The notes under the pieces were generated by a model. That model had not been told where the DNA came from. It saw only the letters and a program-made list of their open reading frames with translations, and ran no database searches. A program made the translations under genes and the position numbers. Source: an uncultured Planctomycetota bacterium (GTDB taxonomy: Bacteria; Planctomycetota; Phycisphaerae; Tepidisphaerales; Tepidisphaeraceae). Taken from it: a DNA stretch of 64,000 bases. Below, in pieces: positions 28,836 through 38,747 of this stretch. Every line of letters begins with the position of its first letter. Position 1 is the first letter of the stretch. Where the stretch lies: contig CAWJEN010000001.1 of the NCBI GenBank assembly GCA_963841915.1, forward strand, positions 47,648 through 111,647, given 5' to 3'.

Positions 28836-30101
28836 ATGAAGTTTCACCCGACCTCCCACCGTGCCGCCGCTACCGCGGCCATCGCCCTGATCGCCACCCT
28901 CGCCGGCTGCGCTTACGAAGAGCCCTTCGAGTCGGCTCGTGACGGCACCAGCCGCTTTGACGAGCCTCGGCGGGCCCAGGCCGGTCAGCTGCAGGTCGAT
29001 CCGCTCGCAGCCGTGACCTTTGATGAACCGGCAGACGACGTCGGCTTCGTCAGCGTCGAGGCGGGCGGACCCAACGCGTTTGGCGAGTTCGGTGGTGAAG
29101 GCGAACGCCCGTACCGCCCCATCGCCGGTCGCGCCGGGTACCAACAGCACACGTATGTCGATGAAGGCTTCGACGGCGACGTCAGCGTCAGCCCCGACGG
29201 CAAGACCATTGCCTTCAGCTCGACACGCCACTCGACACGCAGCGACCTCTACCTGCAAAGCACCAGCGGGTTGGCGGTCACAAAGCTGACAACCGACCCG
29301 GCCGACGACGCTTTTCCGGCGTTCAGCCCGGGTGGTGACAAAATCGCATTCTGCTCCAACCGCAGCGGCAATTGGGACGTCTACGTCATGGATCGCGACG
29401 GCCGCAACGTCACGGCTGTCACGCAGGGCACAGGTCACGACCTGCACCCGAGCTTCAGCCCCGACGGCCGGCAACTCGTATTCTGCCGCATCGGCGGACG
29501 CAGCGATCAGTGGGAAATCTGGACGGCCGACCTCACAACGGGTGAAAAGACGATGGTCGGATTCGGCCTGTTCCCGGCGTGGTCGCCCCGCACGGACAAG
29601 GACGTCATCGCTTTTCAACGTGCCCGCCAACGTGGCGGCCGGTGGTTCAGCCTCTGGACGCTCGAGCTCAAGAGCGGCGAGCCGACGAATGTGACTGAAG
29701 TCGCCATGAGCACCAACGCCGCCCTCGTCGCACCGGCCTGGTCACCGGACGGCAGCAAGCTGACGTTCGCAACGGTCGTCGAGCCCCAGGCCGGCATGCC
29801 CGATACCGATATTGCCGTCGGCCGACAGGACATTTGGACCGTCAACGCCGACGGCACCGACCGGCATCGCATCACGGATGGCAAAGGTGTCTACGCCACC
29901 CCTGATTGGGCCAGCGACGGCCGCGTCTACTTCGTCAGCGATCGCGGCGGCAGCGAGTGTGTCTGGTCCGCCCGTGCCGATGCCGCCAACATGAGCCGCG
30001 TTGCGGTCAAGCCCCCGACGCCGCAGGTCGAGCCGACCGATCAGCACGTGCCACCGTTCGCAACGCAACGGGCCGACACGTCGCACGCACCGATCGAGTA
30101 A
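28836..30101 (+). CDS. TolB-like/PD40 beta-propeller lipoprotein
   Basis: Lipobox LAGC; repeated PxxSPDGxxIAF motifs. Confidence 0.85.
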   Translation: MKFHPTSHRAAATAAIALIATLAGCAYEEPFESARDGTSRFDEPRRAQAGQLQVDPLAAVTFDEPADDVGFVSVEAGGPNAFGEFGGEGERPYRPIAGRAGYQQHTYVDEGFDGDVSVSPDGKTIAFSSTRHSTRSDLYLQSTSGLAVTKLTTDPADDAFPAFSPGGDKIAFCSNRSGNWDVYVMDRDGRNVTAVTQGTGHDLHPSFSPDGRQLVFCRIGGRSDQWEIWTADLTTGEKTMVGFGLFPAWSPRTDKDVIAFQRARQRGGRWFSLWTLELKSGEPTNVTEVAMSTNAALVAPAWSPDGSKLTFATVVEPQAGMPDTDIAVGRQDIWTVNADGTDRHRITDGKGVYATPDWASDGRVYFVSDRGGSECVWSARADAANMSRVAVKPPTPQVEPTDQHVPPFATQRADTSHAPIE

Positions 30102-30107
30102 AGCCGT

Positions 30108-30123
30108 TGTTGCACGTGGAACA
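30108..30123. promoter_or_regulatory. parS-type site (1 mismatch)
   Basis: TGTTGCACGTGGAACA. Confidence 0.7.
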
Positions 30124-30124
30124 C

Positions 30125-30154
30125 GAACCGGGAGCCTCTGGCTCCCGGTTCTTT
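30125..30154 (+). terminator. Intrinsic terminator
   Basis: gaaccgggagcc-tct-ggctcccggttc-ttt. Confidence 0.7.
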
Positions 30155-30240
30155 CGTCGTGCCTGCTGATTGAGAACTGGAAAGGTCCCCGAGGCATTCG
30201 ACTTAACGCGGTCCGAGCCCGTGACTACCCTCGGCGGCCG

Positions 30241-33060
30241 TTGTTTAAACTCACCCTTGCCAACCTCATCAGGCGGCCGGCCCGCACGCTGCTCACCGTC
30301 ATCGCCGTCGCGCTCAGCGTCGCCCTTGTCGTTTCGACCACCAGCGGCTACGCGTCAGCAGAACTTAGCGTTCGATCGTTCATCGAGAACTATCTCGGCA
30401 ACGACGACTTCCGCATCACCAGCGGCAGCGACGCTGCCGGCATGCCCTCGTCCTACCTGCGCGAGCTCGAAGCCGATCCGGCGGTGCGTAGTGCCTACGG
30501 CAGGCTCGCCGATCAGCGACAACTCAAGGGGCTTGACGGCGTACCCATCGCCAAGCCCTTCGAGGTGCTGGGCGTTGATCCGAGCGTCGACAGCTACCTG
30601 TCCCGCCTGCCGATCGACAGCGGCGACATCTTCAAGTCGGCCGACGAGCCATCGGTCATGCTCGACGTCGCCAGCCGTCGAGCATTGGGCGTCGATGTAG
30701 GCGAGCCCTTCGTGTTCCCCGGGAAGAACGGGCCCGTCGAGCTCAAGGTCGTCGGAGTCGTCTATCGGCCCAAGATCATCAGCATCCTCGGTAATCGCTC
30801 GATCTACGTCCCGCTCGAGACGCTGCAGCAGCTCACGCGTCCCGAAGATCCCGATCGACTGACCACCATCAACGCGGCGCTGGAGGTCGGTCGCGACATC
30901 GAGCAGACGGTGGATCGCCTGCAAACCGAAGTCAACGCGAGTGGTCAGCCTTGGAAGGTTCGCAGCACGAGGGCAGACCGCGAAGTCGTCGACAACGGGT
31001 TGCGAGCGATGTCGCTGCTGGCCCTCATGGGTGGCATGGTTTCGCTGCTGGCGGCGACGTTCATCGTCTTTGGCACCCTGGCCATGGGCGTGGCGGAGCG
31101 GCAGCGGACGCTGGCCATGCTCAGGGGAATCGGCGCGACGCGGAAGCAGATCGCTACCAGCGTCATCGGCGAGGGCGTCTTGCTCGCGATCCTGGGCGTG
31201 GTGCTCGGTGTGCCTCTGGGCCTGGGATTCGTGTACGGCCTGACGCAGTACTACGAAGAGATCTTCACCGAAGGCCTTGCCATCGGTTGGTTCGGCATCG
31301 GGGCGGCGGTGCTGGGGACCACGCTGGCAGCCGTCGCGGCGTCGCTCGTGCCTGCGTACTCGGCTTCGCGCGTCGACCCACTGGCGGCGATGCGACCCGC
31401 CGCCGAGGCACCGGCCAAGGGTCCGCCCTGGATCTGGTTGACAGTCGGCATCGGGCTCATCCTGATCGACGTCGTCCTGCTCTGGCCGCCGCTGGGGTAT
31501 CTGCCGCTGCCCGACGACTGGGAGCGGGCCGGCCGGTTCTGGCTGCACTTCTTCATCGGCTTGCCGACGTTGATGCTCGGGTTCTTCCTCATCGCGCCGA
31601 CGCTTGTCTGGCTCGCCGACGCGTTGCTCGCACGGCCGATGGCGCTCGTCATGGGCGTCACGCCGTCGTTGCTCAAGCAGCAACTCGGCGGTGGCATCTG
31701 GCGGGCGGCAGGAACTGCGGCAGCGCTCATGGTCGGGCCGGCGGTGCTCATCGTCATGAACACACAAGGCCGCAGCGGCATCCAGGGCTGGCAGCTGCCC
31801 GACGCGTTCCCCGATGTCTTCATGTTCGACAAGAACGGCATCCCGGCCGACCGCATCGACGAGATCTCAGCCGTCGAAGGCATCGCCAAGCTAGCCGACG
31901 GCACGCCCGACGTCACGCCCATCGGCTACCTGCACCCGCGGCTGGGCGAGGGTGTCTTTGCCATCGCTGGCGCTGCGTTCGCCCCGGATCGGACCATGTT
32001 CGTCGCCGTCGATCCTGAGCGCGTCTTTGCGATGATGGACCTCGACTTCACCGCGGGCGACCTCGAGTCGGCCAAGCGGATGCTGATGCGTGGCGGCCTG
32101 GCGCAGCTCAGCGACGGCAGGCAGGTGCATGGCTCGGTAGAAAAGGTCGCGGGCGCCGACACACTCGTGCCCCTGGTGACGGACGAACAGACTGCGGTTC
32201 CCATTCCCATGGACCGCGTGACGAGCTTCGACGATGCGAACTACCTCATCGTTACCGAAGAGTTCCGCCAGCTCCGCGGGCTGGGGCCAGGTGATCCGTT
32301 CACGCTCAAACGCAACGGCACCGGCATCCTCGGCACGCTTCGCGGCGAAGATGTGCCGTTTGTCGTCGCAGGCGTCGTCCGCTCGCCTGGCATCGATCTC
32401 ATGGTCGCGACATTCGACCTCGGCAGGCAGTTCGAGGGACAATCAGCGGCCAGCGTCTTCGGCACGCTGCAAGACGCCCGCGACCTGTTCGGCATGAAGG
32501 ACGTGTTCCTCATCGCCGCCAACCTGGACGTCGGGGCCGACAAGAAGGTCGTCCTCGAACGGGTGGCGTCGACGCTCAACAACGACGGCATCTCCATCAG
32601 TGACGTCCGTCAGCTCAAGTACGAGATCCAACAAGGCCTCGGACGTTTGCTCACCATTGCCGGCGTCGTAGCTTGGGCGGCGTTGGCTGTGTCGAGCCTC
32701 GGAGTGACCAACACCGTTATGGCAGGCGTGCGGACGCGTCGCTATCAGCTCGGCGTGCTCCGCGCGATCGGCGTGACGCGAGGCGAACTGCTCCGACTCA
32801 TCGTCAGCGAGGCGATCCTGCTCGGGTTGGCAGCAGCGGCGCTGGGCACGCTGGCGGGCCTGCTCATGGCCCTCAACGCCCGGCAGCTTCAGGCGTGGAC
32901 CGTCGGCTACGTCCCGCCGCTTCAGATCGCTTGGGACGTCGTGCTCGTCGGCGCCGTCGCGGTGCTGTCGGTGAGCGTCCTGGCCTCGCTGTGGCCTGCC
33001 TGGTCGGCGGCGAAGGAGCAAGTGCTCAGCCTCCTCCGCGGTGGCCGATCGGCGTCTTGA
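30241..33060 (+). CDS. ABC transporter permease, FtsX/MacB family (tandem domains)
   Basis: RRPARTLLT N-terminus; ERQRTLAMLRGIGAT and RRYQLGVLRAIGVTR motifs; TTG start inferred. Confidence 0.88.
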   Translation: MFKLTLANLIRRPARTLLTVIAVALSVALVVSTTSGYASAELSVRSFIENYLGNDDFRITSGSDAAGMPSSYLRELEADPAVRSAYGRLADQRQLKGLDGVPIAKPFEVLGVDPSVDSYLSRLPIDSGDIFKSADEPSVMLDVASRRALGVDVGEPFVFPGKNGPVELKVVGVVYRPKIISILGNRSIYVPLETLQQLTRPEDPDRLTTINAALEVGRDIEQTVDRLQTEVNASGQPWKVRSTRADREVVDNGLRAMSLLALMGGMVSLLAATFIVFGTLAMGVAERQRTLAMLRGIGATRKQIATSVIGEGVLLAILGVVLGVPLGLGFVYGLTQYYEEIFTEGLAIGWFGIGAAVLGTTLAAVAASLVPAYSASRVDPLAAMRPAAEAPAKGPPWIWLTVGIGLILIDVVLLWPPLGYLPLPDDWERAGRFWLHFFIGLPTLMLGFFLIAPTLVWLADALLARPMALVMGVTPSLLKQQLGGGIWRAAGTAAALMVGPAVLIVMNTQGRSGIQGWQLPDAFPDVFMFDKNGIPADRIDEISAVEGIAKLADGTPDVTPIGYLHPRLGEGVFAIAGAAFAPDRTMFVAVDPERVFAMMDLDFTAGDLESAKRMLMRGGLAQLSDGRQVHGSVEKVAGADTLVPLVTDEQTAVPIPMDRVTSFDDANYLIVTEEFRQLRGLGPGDPFTLKRNGTGILGTLRGEDVPFVVAGVVRSPGIDLMVATFDLGRQFEGQSAASVFGTLQDARDLFGMKDVFLIAANLDVGADKKVVLERVASTLNNDGISISDVRQLKYEIQQGLGRLLTIAGVVAWAALAVSSLGVTNTVMAGVRTRRYQLGVLRAIGVTRGELLRLIVSEAILLGLAAAALGTLAGLLMALNARQLQAWTVGYVPPLQIAWDVVLVGAVAVLSVSVLASLWPAWSAAKEQVLSLLRGGRSAS

Positions 33061-33112
33061 GCGCTGCGCCGCGGCGGCCGATCAGGCGGTGGTGACACGG
33101 CGGCGGGCAGAA

Positions 33113-33128
33113 TGTTCCACGTGGAACA
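33113..33128. promoter_or_regulatory. parS site (perfect palindrome)
   Basis: TGTTCCACGTGGAACA. Confidence 0.85.
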
Positions 33129-33186
33129 TCGGCCGACCCCGTTTGGCCATTGCCAGAGGTCTTTTTGCTCCCGATCGGCTCGCCAT

Positions 33187-33202
33187 TGTTCCACGTAGAA
33201 CA
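33187..33202. promoter_or_regulatory. parS-type site (1 mismatch)
   Basis: TGTTCCACGTAGAACA. Confidence 0.75.
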
Positions 33203-33376
33203 CGCCAAACGTCTCGCCGCTGCGTCGGCGGGTCGTCCGCCCTCGTGGCTTTTATACGAACATATCAACCAAATCGTCATGGGTTCTGCAGTCTCAGGCG
33301 AAGCTGATGATGAGGAATGCGCCCAGCCGAGCATTGCGCCGCCGCGGCCGCCGCGGCGCACCGCTACCGTCGCTCC

Positions 33377-34078
33377 GTGCGGATCAGCGAGCGGTTCGAC
33401 AGCATCCAAGGCGAAGGCAAGCTCACCGGCGTGCCCAGCGCCTTCATCCGCGCCAGCGGCTGCAACCTCCGCTGCACCTGGTGCGACACGCCCTACGCCT
33501 CGTGGCACCCCGAAGGCGGCGACGAATCCGTCGACGACATCGCCACCTGGGTCGCCTCCATCGGCCGTCGTCACGTCGTCTTCACCGGGGGCGAGCCCGT
33601 CATTCAACCCCAGGCGGCCGACCTCTGCGACCGCCTCGTCGCCGACGGTTGCCACGTCACGCTCGAGACCGCAGGCACCGTCTTCAAGCCGCTGGCGATC
33701 GACCTGCTGAGCCTCTCACCCAAGCTCGCCAACTCCACGCCCTGGCAACGCGAGGACGGCCGCTTCGCCCGCATCCATGAAGAGCATCGCCTCAACATCG
33801 ACGCAATGAACGGCCTCATCGCACACACCCGCGACCGCGGCGGCGACGTGCAGGTGAAGTTCGTCCTCGCCGCCGAAAGCGATCTGGCCGAGGTGCAAGC
33901 TGTCATCGACCAGCTTGACCACGTGGCCCGCGAGGACGTGCTGCTCATGCCTGAAGGCACCGACGCCGCCACACTCGATAGCCGATCGGGTTGGCTGGCA
34001 GAACTGTGCAAACAGACCGGCTACCGATTCTGCCCACGCCTGCACGTCTACCTCTACGGCGACACCCGCGGCACATGA
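33377..34078 (+). CDS. queE: 7-carboxy-7-deazaguanine synthase (radical SAM)
   Basis: FDSIQGEG, GCNLRCTWCDT, TGGEP, LSPK, PRLH. Confidence 0.9.
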   Translation: MRISERFDSIQGEGKLTGVPSAFIRASGCNLRCTWCDTPYASWHPEGGDESVDDIATWVASIGRRHVVFTGGEPVIQPQAADLCDRLVADGCHVTLETAGTVFKPLAIDLLSLSPKLANSTPWQREDGRFARIHEEHRLNIDAMNGLIAHTRDRGGDVQVKFVLAAESDLAEVQAVIDQLDHVAREDVLLMPEGTDAATLDSRSGWLAELCKQTGYRFCPRLHVYLYGDTRGT

Positions 34079-34132
34079 GGGGTTAAATTGACGACGCGGG
34101 CGCTTCCGTTCGTTTAGATGTGAAGCGGGTCG

Positions 34133-34741
34133 CTACGTCGCCTCACCAAGCCGCTGCACAAGCTCGACCGCCCTTGCGAGCATCGCGTCGGCTTCGGCCA
34201 CGTCGGGTGAGTCGGCCGGTGCGTTGGCGAGAACGTTGTATCTGCCGCAACGCACAGCGGCGACGGCAAGGTCGCCGCAGCAGAGCAGGTCGCCCTTGAG
34301 CCACGGGTTCGAGATCGCCGCGACGTCCGTCGCGGCGGCGAGCACCTTCAGCGCAGCCGCCATCGTCGCGAGCGGCACCGCAATGCTCGCCGCCGTCGCT
34401 TGCTCCAGCGTCTCCGACTTCGCCGCGTCGTCGTCTGCCAAACCCTTCGCTGCTCGCCAACCGGCGTAGGCGAGTTGATCCTCCACGCACAGCCGCAGCA
34501 ACATCGGCCGCGTCTCGCCCAGCCGCTGAAGCGCCGCCTTCAGCTTGTCGTCCTGCTCCGCTTCGTTGCCCTTGCGACCGACACTGAACCGCAGCGCCAT
34601 CTCACCGACGGCACAGCCTAGCGCACCGGCCAAGGCTGCCACACTGCCCCCGCCGGGAGTCGGCGTCCGGTCGGCGAGCCGGTCGAGCCAGTCGTTGATC
34701 GACACGTTTGTCCCGACCGAGTTGGTGGCCTGGCCTGACAT
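34133..34741 (-). CDS. Formiminotransferase-cyclodeaminase/cyclohydrolase family protein
   Basis: PTPGGGSVAALAGALG, VPL, NV motifs. Confidence 0.85.
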   Translation of the reverse strand: MSGQATNSVGTNVSINDWLDRLADRTPTPGGGSVAALAGALGCAVGEMALRFSVGRKGNEAEQDDKLKAALQRLGETRPMLLRLCVEDQLAYAGWRAAKGLADDDAAKSETLEQATAASIAVPLATMAAALKVLAAATDVAAISNPWLKGDLLCCGDLAVAAVRCGRYNVLANAPADSPDVAEADAMLARAVELVQRLGEAT

Positions 34742-34801
34742 GCGGCGAGCGTACGGCCCCGTACCTGGTTCGGCATTGCGTTCGTTAGCACGTGGGCCTG
34801 T

Positions 34802-35320
34802 TCAGCCCGCGTCGGCGGCTGAGTCTTCGGCCTCGGCGAGATAATTCATCGCCCGCTCCAGCTCGCCCTTGAGGTGGCGAACGCGGAGCAAGCTCCGCAC
34901 GCGGGTCAGCAGCTCGAATTTGTTGACCGGCTTGCTGACGAAGTCGTCGGTGCCGCACTCTGCCGCCCGCTCGACATCGCCGAGTTCGTTCAGTGCCGTC
35001 ACGACCAGGATCTGCACGTCTCGCGTCGCCGGGTCGCTTTTAACCTCGCGACACACCTGGAACCCGCTCATGCGCGGCATCATGATGTCGAGCAGAATCA
35101 GGTCGGGCACCGACGCCCGCACCCGCTCCAACGCCTCGATGCCGTCGCGGGCAACGTCGACTTTGACGGGCAGCTCCTCCAGGTATGCCTGCATGAGCTC
35201 GACGTTCTGCTCGTTGTCGTCGACGATGAGGATCGTCGAGTCGGGCAGAAACGACTCGTGGCGGTCGACCGGGCCGCCCTGCAGGGCCTCGGATGTCGTG
35301 GCGTCGGGCGTGCTGGTCAT
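34802..35320 (-). CDS. Response regulator receiver protein
   Basis: ILIVDD, PDLILLDIMMP, DDFVSKP. Confidence 0.9.
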   Translation of the reverse strand: MTSTPDATTSEALQGGPVDRHESFLPDSTILIVDDNEQNVELMQAYLEELPVKVDVARDGIEALERVRASVPDLILLDIMMPRMSGFQVCREVKSDPATRDVQILVVTALNELGDVERAAECGTDDFVSKPVNKFELLTRVRSLLRVRHLKGELERAMNYLAEAEDSAADAG

Positions 35321-36048
35321 AAGGCAAGTTGGCTGGTGACGCCTACCGGGAGTGCCCGCAGAAGCCGTTGGTACAGGCTCTGTGCGGTCGGCTCGGGATC
35401 GACGGCAAGCGTCTGCAGCAGTCTAGCGAGATCGTCCGGGCGGTCCACGTCCCAGAACGTCGGCAGATCGACCAGCGGACGACCCGCCTGCACCGCCCTG
35501 GCCCGCACCTGACCCAGCTCGCGACCGCTCGACCAGTCGATGCCGCTCGTTATTGCGCCGACGTCGGAGTCGGGCGTGACGCCGAGGCACCAGAAGCCGC
35601 CATCCTCGCATGGGCCGATGCAGTCGCGACCAGCGGCCAGATGTCGCAGAGCCTCGTCGATGTGACGCGCCGGCAGGTGCGGAGAGTCGACGCCGAAATA
35701 GCACAGATTTGCCTTTTTGCCCGTCCCGCGGATGACCGAAGCGGCACCGGCCAGGCGGTCGCCAAGGTCGCCCTCAACCTGGGGCACGAAGGACAGGTTG
35801 CCTTGGAAATGGCTCAATTCCGGCTGTGACGATGCCCACGCCTCGGCCTCGCCCATCGCCCCGCCGGTGTGGCACCAGACGACGGCATCGAAATTTGCAC
35901 TGGCCGATAACCGGGCGAGAAGGGTCGACAGGAACGCCGCTTGCACACGTGCTGCGTCCTCGGTCCTCAACGGAGGGACGAGCCGAGTCTTGACCCGGCC
36001 CGGCACGGGGAGTTTGGCCATGATGACTGCTACTTGCTGCGTCGACAT
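35317..36048 (-). CDS. DUF2064/TIGR04282-type glycosyltransferase-like protein
   Basis: MAKxPxPGRVKTRL, GDLGDRL, DSP, GPCEDGG, DVDRPDDL. Confidence 0.85.
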   Translation of the reverse strand: MSTQQVAVIMAKLPVPGRVKTRLVPPLRTEDAARVQAAFLSTLLARLSASANFDAVVWCHTGGAMGEAEAWASSQPELSHFQGNLSFVPQVEGDLGDRLAGAASVIRGTGKKANLCYFGVDSPHLPARHIDEALRHLAAGRDCIGPCEDGGFWCLGVTPDSDVGAITSGIDWSSGRELGQVRARAVQAGRPLVDLPTFWDVDRPDDLARLLQTLAVDPEPTAQSLYQRLLRALPVGVTSQLAL

Positions 36049-36114
36049 GTGAAGACGCTAGACCCGCGTCGCGACGCCACCTCGCCGTGAAGACCGCCAC
36101 TACGAAGGAGTCTA

Positions 36115-36348
36115 ATGCCCAGCGCCCTGCCTGCAACGACCTCATCAGACCAGTCCGGCGTCGACGCCGGCACGTCGAAGGCATTCGGGGCGCTGCAGGA
36201 GGAGCACGAGCTATTCCGACGCCGGCTTGCGGAAATCGCCAAGGTCATCGGGTGCGACACGTTCGACCGCGTTGTGCACGACGTTCGGAACGTGGTCAAC
36301 GAACGCAACCTGCTTCGCCGGGTAGCGGAGATGGAAGGCCACGATTGA
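36115..36348 (+). CDS. Small hypothetical protein
   Basis: AAGGAG RBS before the ATG; helical sequence ending HDVRNVVNERNLLR. Confidence 0.6.
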   Translation: MPSALPATTSSDQSGVDAGTSKAFGALQEEHELFRRRLAEIAKVIGCDTFDRVVHDVRNVVNERNLLRRVAEMEGHD

Positions 36349-36496
36349 GATCGGCCTGACGGCTGTGATCGTCGCAGGTTGGCCCGTCGTGCACGACGCA
36401 TCGTTGTGAGCGTCGAACAGATTGCGTATCTGTCGCAAAATCCTCGAGCCGCGGTCCCACCCCGACCCGTCGACAGCATCATCAGCAGCCGATCCC

Positions 36497-37567
36497 TTAC
36501 GCCAGCAGGTCCAGCAGCACCCGCTCTGCCTTCTCGCCGCGCTGCGTGTATGTGTGATGCTGCTCGACCTGGCTCCTGGCAGCGTCGCCAATGATCGTCG
36601 CACGTTCGGCCGTAAGGCCTTGGAGATGATCCGCTACGGCTCGGCCGTCGGCGGCGACAAGCACTTCGCTACCCGGCTCCAGAAAATCGTCAATGCCACG
36701 CCATTCATCCGTGATCAAGCACGCCCCTGCGGCGGCGGCTTCAAACACGCGCGTCGCCGGTGACCAGCCGTACCGGGCCATGCTCTCGCGGTTCACGTTG
36801 AGCACCGCAAGCGGCGTGCAGTTGAACGCGTTGTGGTCCGTCGTCGCCACGTGCCCGATCGCCCGCACATTCGCTGGTAGATCGGCATCGTCCCAACCGC
36901 TGCCGCCGAGCATGAACGTCTTGTCCGGCAACAACCTCGCCGCGTCGAGGAAGAACGTGCCGATCCGTTCTTCGCGGTCGGGTAATCGATTGGCCAACAG
37001 GGCCAGGTCGCACGCGAACCGCTCGTCAGGCGGCACCGCGTGGTGCGTCTGCAGGTCGGCGGCGTTGTAGATCGGCTCGCAGCGACGGGCACCCAGCTTC
37101 GCGTACGCCTCGACGACGGGAGGGCCGCCGCCGTAGGTCAGGATCGCGTCGTACTGCGGCACAAGCTGTCGAAACGGGTCGTGCAGGTCGCTGTTGGTCC
37201 GGTCGAGCGTGGCAGGGGCGTCGACATCCCAGAAGACGATGGCGTTGCCGTCCCGCTTACGTTCGACGACGGCCGCTTCGAGCTCTACGTCGAAGACACC
37301 GACGCCGCTGGCTTTGACGATGATGTCGGCCTCCTTGGCCGCGTCAATCGCGCCGCGCCAGCCATCGTCGCTGTTGGCGTAGACGACGCTGGTCGCATAG
37401 GGCGGATCGGGATGGTCGATGTGCTGCTGGCGGTCGTAGGCGTCGGGCTCGTAGAACGTGACGCTGTGTCCACGATCAGCCAAAGCCCGCAAGATGCCGC
37501 GATAATACGTGGCGGCACCATTCCAATAGGCACTGACGAGCGACGACCCGAAGAACGCGATGCGCAT
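36497..37567 (-). CDS. CgeB-family (GT-B) glycosyltransferase
   Basis: SSLVSAYWNGAATYYRG, FWDVDAPATL, NRLPDREER, SPATRVFEAA. Confidence 0.88.
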   Translation of the reverse strand: MRIAFFGSSLVSAYWNGAATYYRGILRALADRGHSVTFYEPDAYDRQQHIDHPDPPYATSVVYANSDDGWRGAIDAAKEADIIVKASGVGVFDVELEAAVVERKRDGNAIVFWDVDAPATLDRTNSDLHDPFRQLVPQYDAILTYGGGPPVVEAYAKLGARRCEPIYNAADLQTHHAVPPDERFACDLALLANRLPDREERIGTFFLDAARLLPDKTFMLGGSGWDDADLPANVRAIGHVATTDHNAFNCTPLAVLNVNRESMARYGWSPATRVFEAAAAGACLITDEWRGIDDFLEPGSEVLVAADGRAVADHLQGLTAERATIIGDAARSQVEQHHTYTQRGEKAERVLLDLLA

Positions 37568-37625
37568 GCCGCAATCATGGCATCGCGATGCTTGGCTGTC
37601 ACCTGAGACAACTGCGTACCCGTTG

Positions 37626-38429
37626 CTATGTGATTTTGCCCAGCATGTCGAGGAGGACGGCGGCGTCCTGACGGCACTGCTCGATGTCGTCGTCGCGGAC
37701 AAACTCGAGCATGGCAAATCGCTCGAGAAGGTCATCCTGCCGCGGTGCATCGGACGCCTTCTGGAGGAACACCTGCCAGTCGTTTCGGCCGTCTTGGAGT
37801 GGTCTGCGGTCGCGACCGTCTGGCTCTTCGAGCCAGTTGAACACATGCACGTGGGCGAGTCGCGGTCGGACAACATCGAGCTCGGCCAACCGCGTCGCGT
37901 GCGGACGGCCGTTGCTGGGTTGCCAATAGCTCAGCAGGTCCGGCACGTTGTCGAGCAACCAGCCGCCACGCGAGGCGTCGGCGGTCATCGTGCCCTCGTG
38001 CCATTCGCAGGCGACGCGAATGTCTGCCGTTCTGGCCACGTCGATGACGCGCAGCAGGTCGTCCGCCACAAGCTCCGCGTACGCGTCGCCGGCGTCAGCC
38101 TCCTGCCGCCCAGGCCAAACGCGAATGACGGGGGCGGCCAACGCGACGGCAGAATCGAGCACCGCTTCGAACGTCGGCACGTCCTTTTGACCCGCGTGCC
38201 CCGCCCGGTAGTACGAGCCATAGGCGGCAACGCTGAGACCATGATCGGCGGTGACTTGCCTCGCGTGCCCGGCCGCAGCGACATCGCCGGCCGGCACGTG
38301 GATGTCCCCGCCCCATTCGATTCCGACGAGCCCGCAGTCGGCCGCGAGTTGTGCAACGGCCTCGACATCAAGCTTGCGGAAAGTGACGGAAACAAGGCCA
38401 GGCTGAAGCGTCATGTGGGCGTGGTTCAT
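37626..38429 (-). CDS. Sugar phosphate isomerase/epimerase (xylose-isomerase-like TIM barrel)
   Basis: GLVSVTFR, IEWGGDIHVP, YGSYY, YWQP, HVHVF, LEFV. Confidence 0.85.
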   Translation of the reverse strand: MNHAHMTLQPGLVSVTFRKLDVEAVAQLAADCGLVGIEWGGDIHVPAGDVAAAGHARQVTADHGLSVAAYGSYYRAGHAGQKDVPTFEAVLDSAVALAAPVIRVWPGRQEADAGDAYAELVADDLLRVIDVARTADIRVACEWHEGTMTADASRGGWLLDNVPDLLSYWQPSNGRPHATRLAELDVVRPRLAHVHVFNWLEEPDGRDRRPLQDGRNDWQVFLQKASDAPRQDDLLERFAMLEFVRDDDIEQCRQDAAVLLDMLGKIT

Positions 38430-38607
38430 GACAGCGTCTTGAAACAGAAGCACCACCGCGGCCGGCCCCTGTCGTTTCGACCGTAGCCGATGCCGTCGCC
38501 GCACCATCGAGAGTGCGAACGAGCGCCGACCGACCGACCACGCTTAACCAGAACCGGATTAATTGCGATGGCAGAAGGGCCGACGTGTGGCTACCGTGCC
38601 CCTCGCC

Positions 38608-38689
38608 GCGGGCGTGGCGGAATTGGCAGACGCGCTAGATTTAGGTTCTAGTTCCGAGAGGAGTGCAGGTTCGATTCCTGTCGCCCGCA
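38608..38689 (+). tRNA. tRNA-Leu (anticodon TAG), CCA not encoded
   Basis: GCGGGCG/CGCCCGC acceptor stem, D-arm TGGC, CTAGA-TTTAGGT-TCTAG anticodon arm, long variable arm, GGTTCGATTCC T-arm. Confidence 0.95.
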
Positions 38690-38695
38690 AAACAA

Positions 38696-38732
38696 GCTGC
38701 CCGGACGCCAAAGCGTCCGGGCGGCGTTTTTG
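38696..38732 (+). terminator. Intrinsic terminator after the tRNA
   Basis: gctgcccggacgc-caaa-gcgtccgggcggc-gttttt. Confidence 0.7.
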
Positions 38733-38747
38733 TCTGAAGAAGACACA

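Noticed and set aside
33203..33316. oriC in the AT-richer patch beside the parS sites
   Set aside because: No DnaA boxes (TTATCCACA-like) or extended unwinding element seen.
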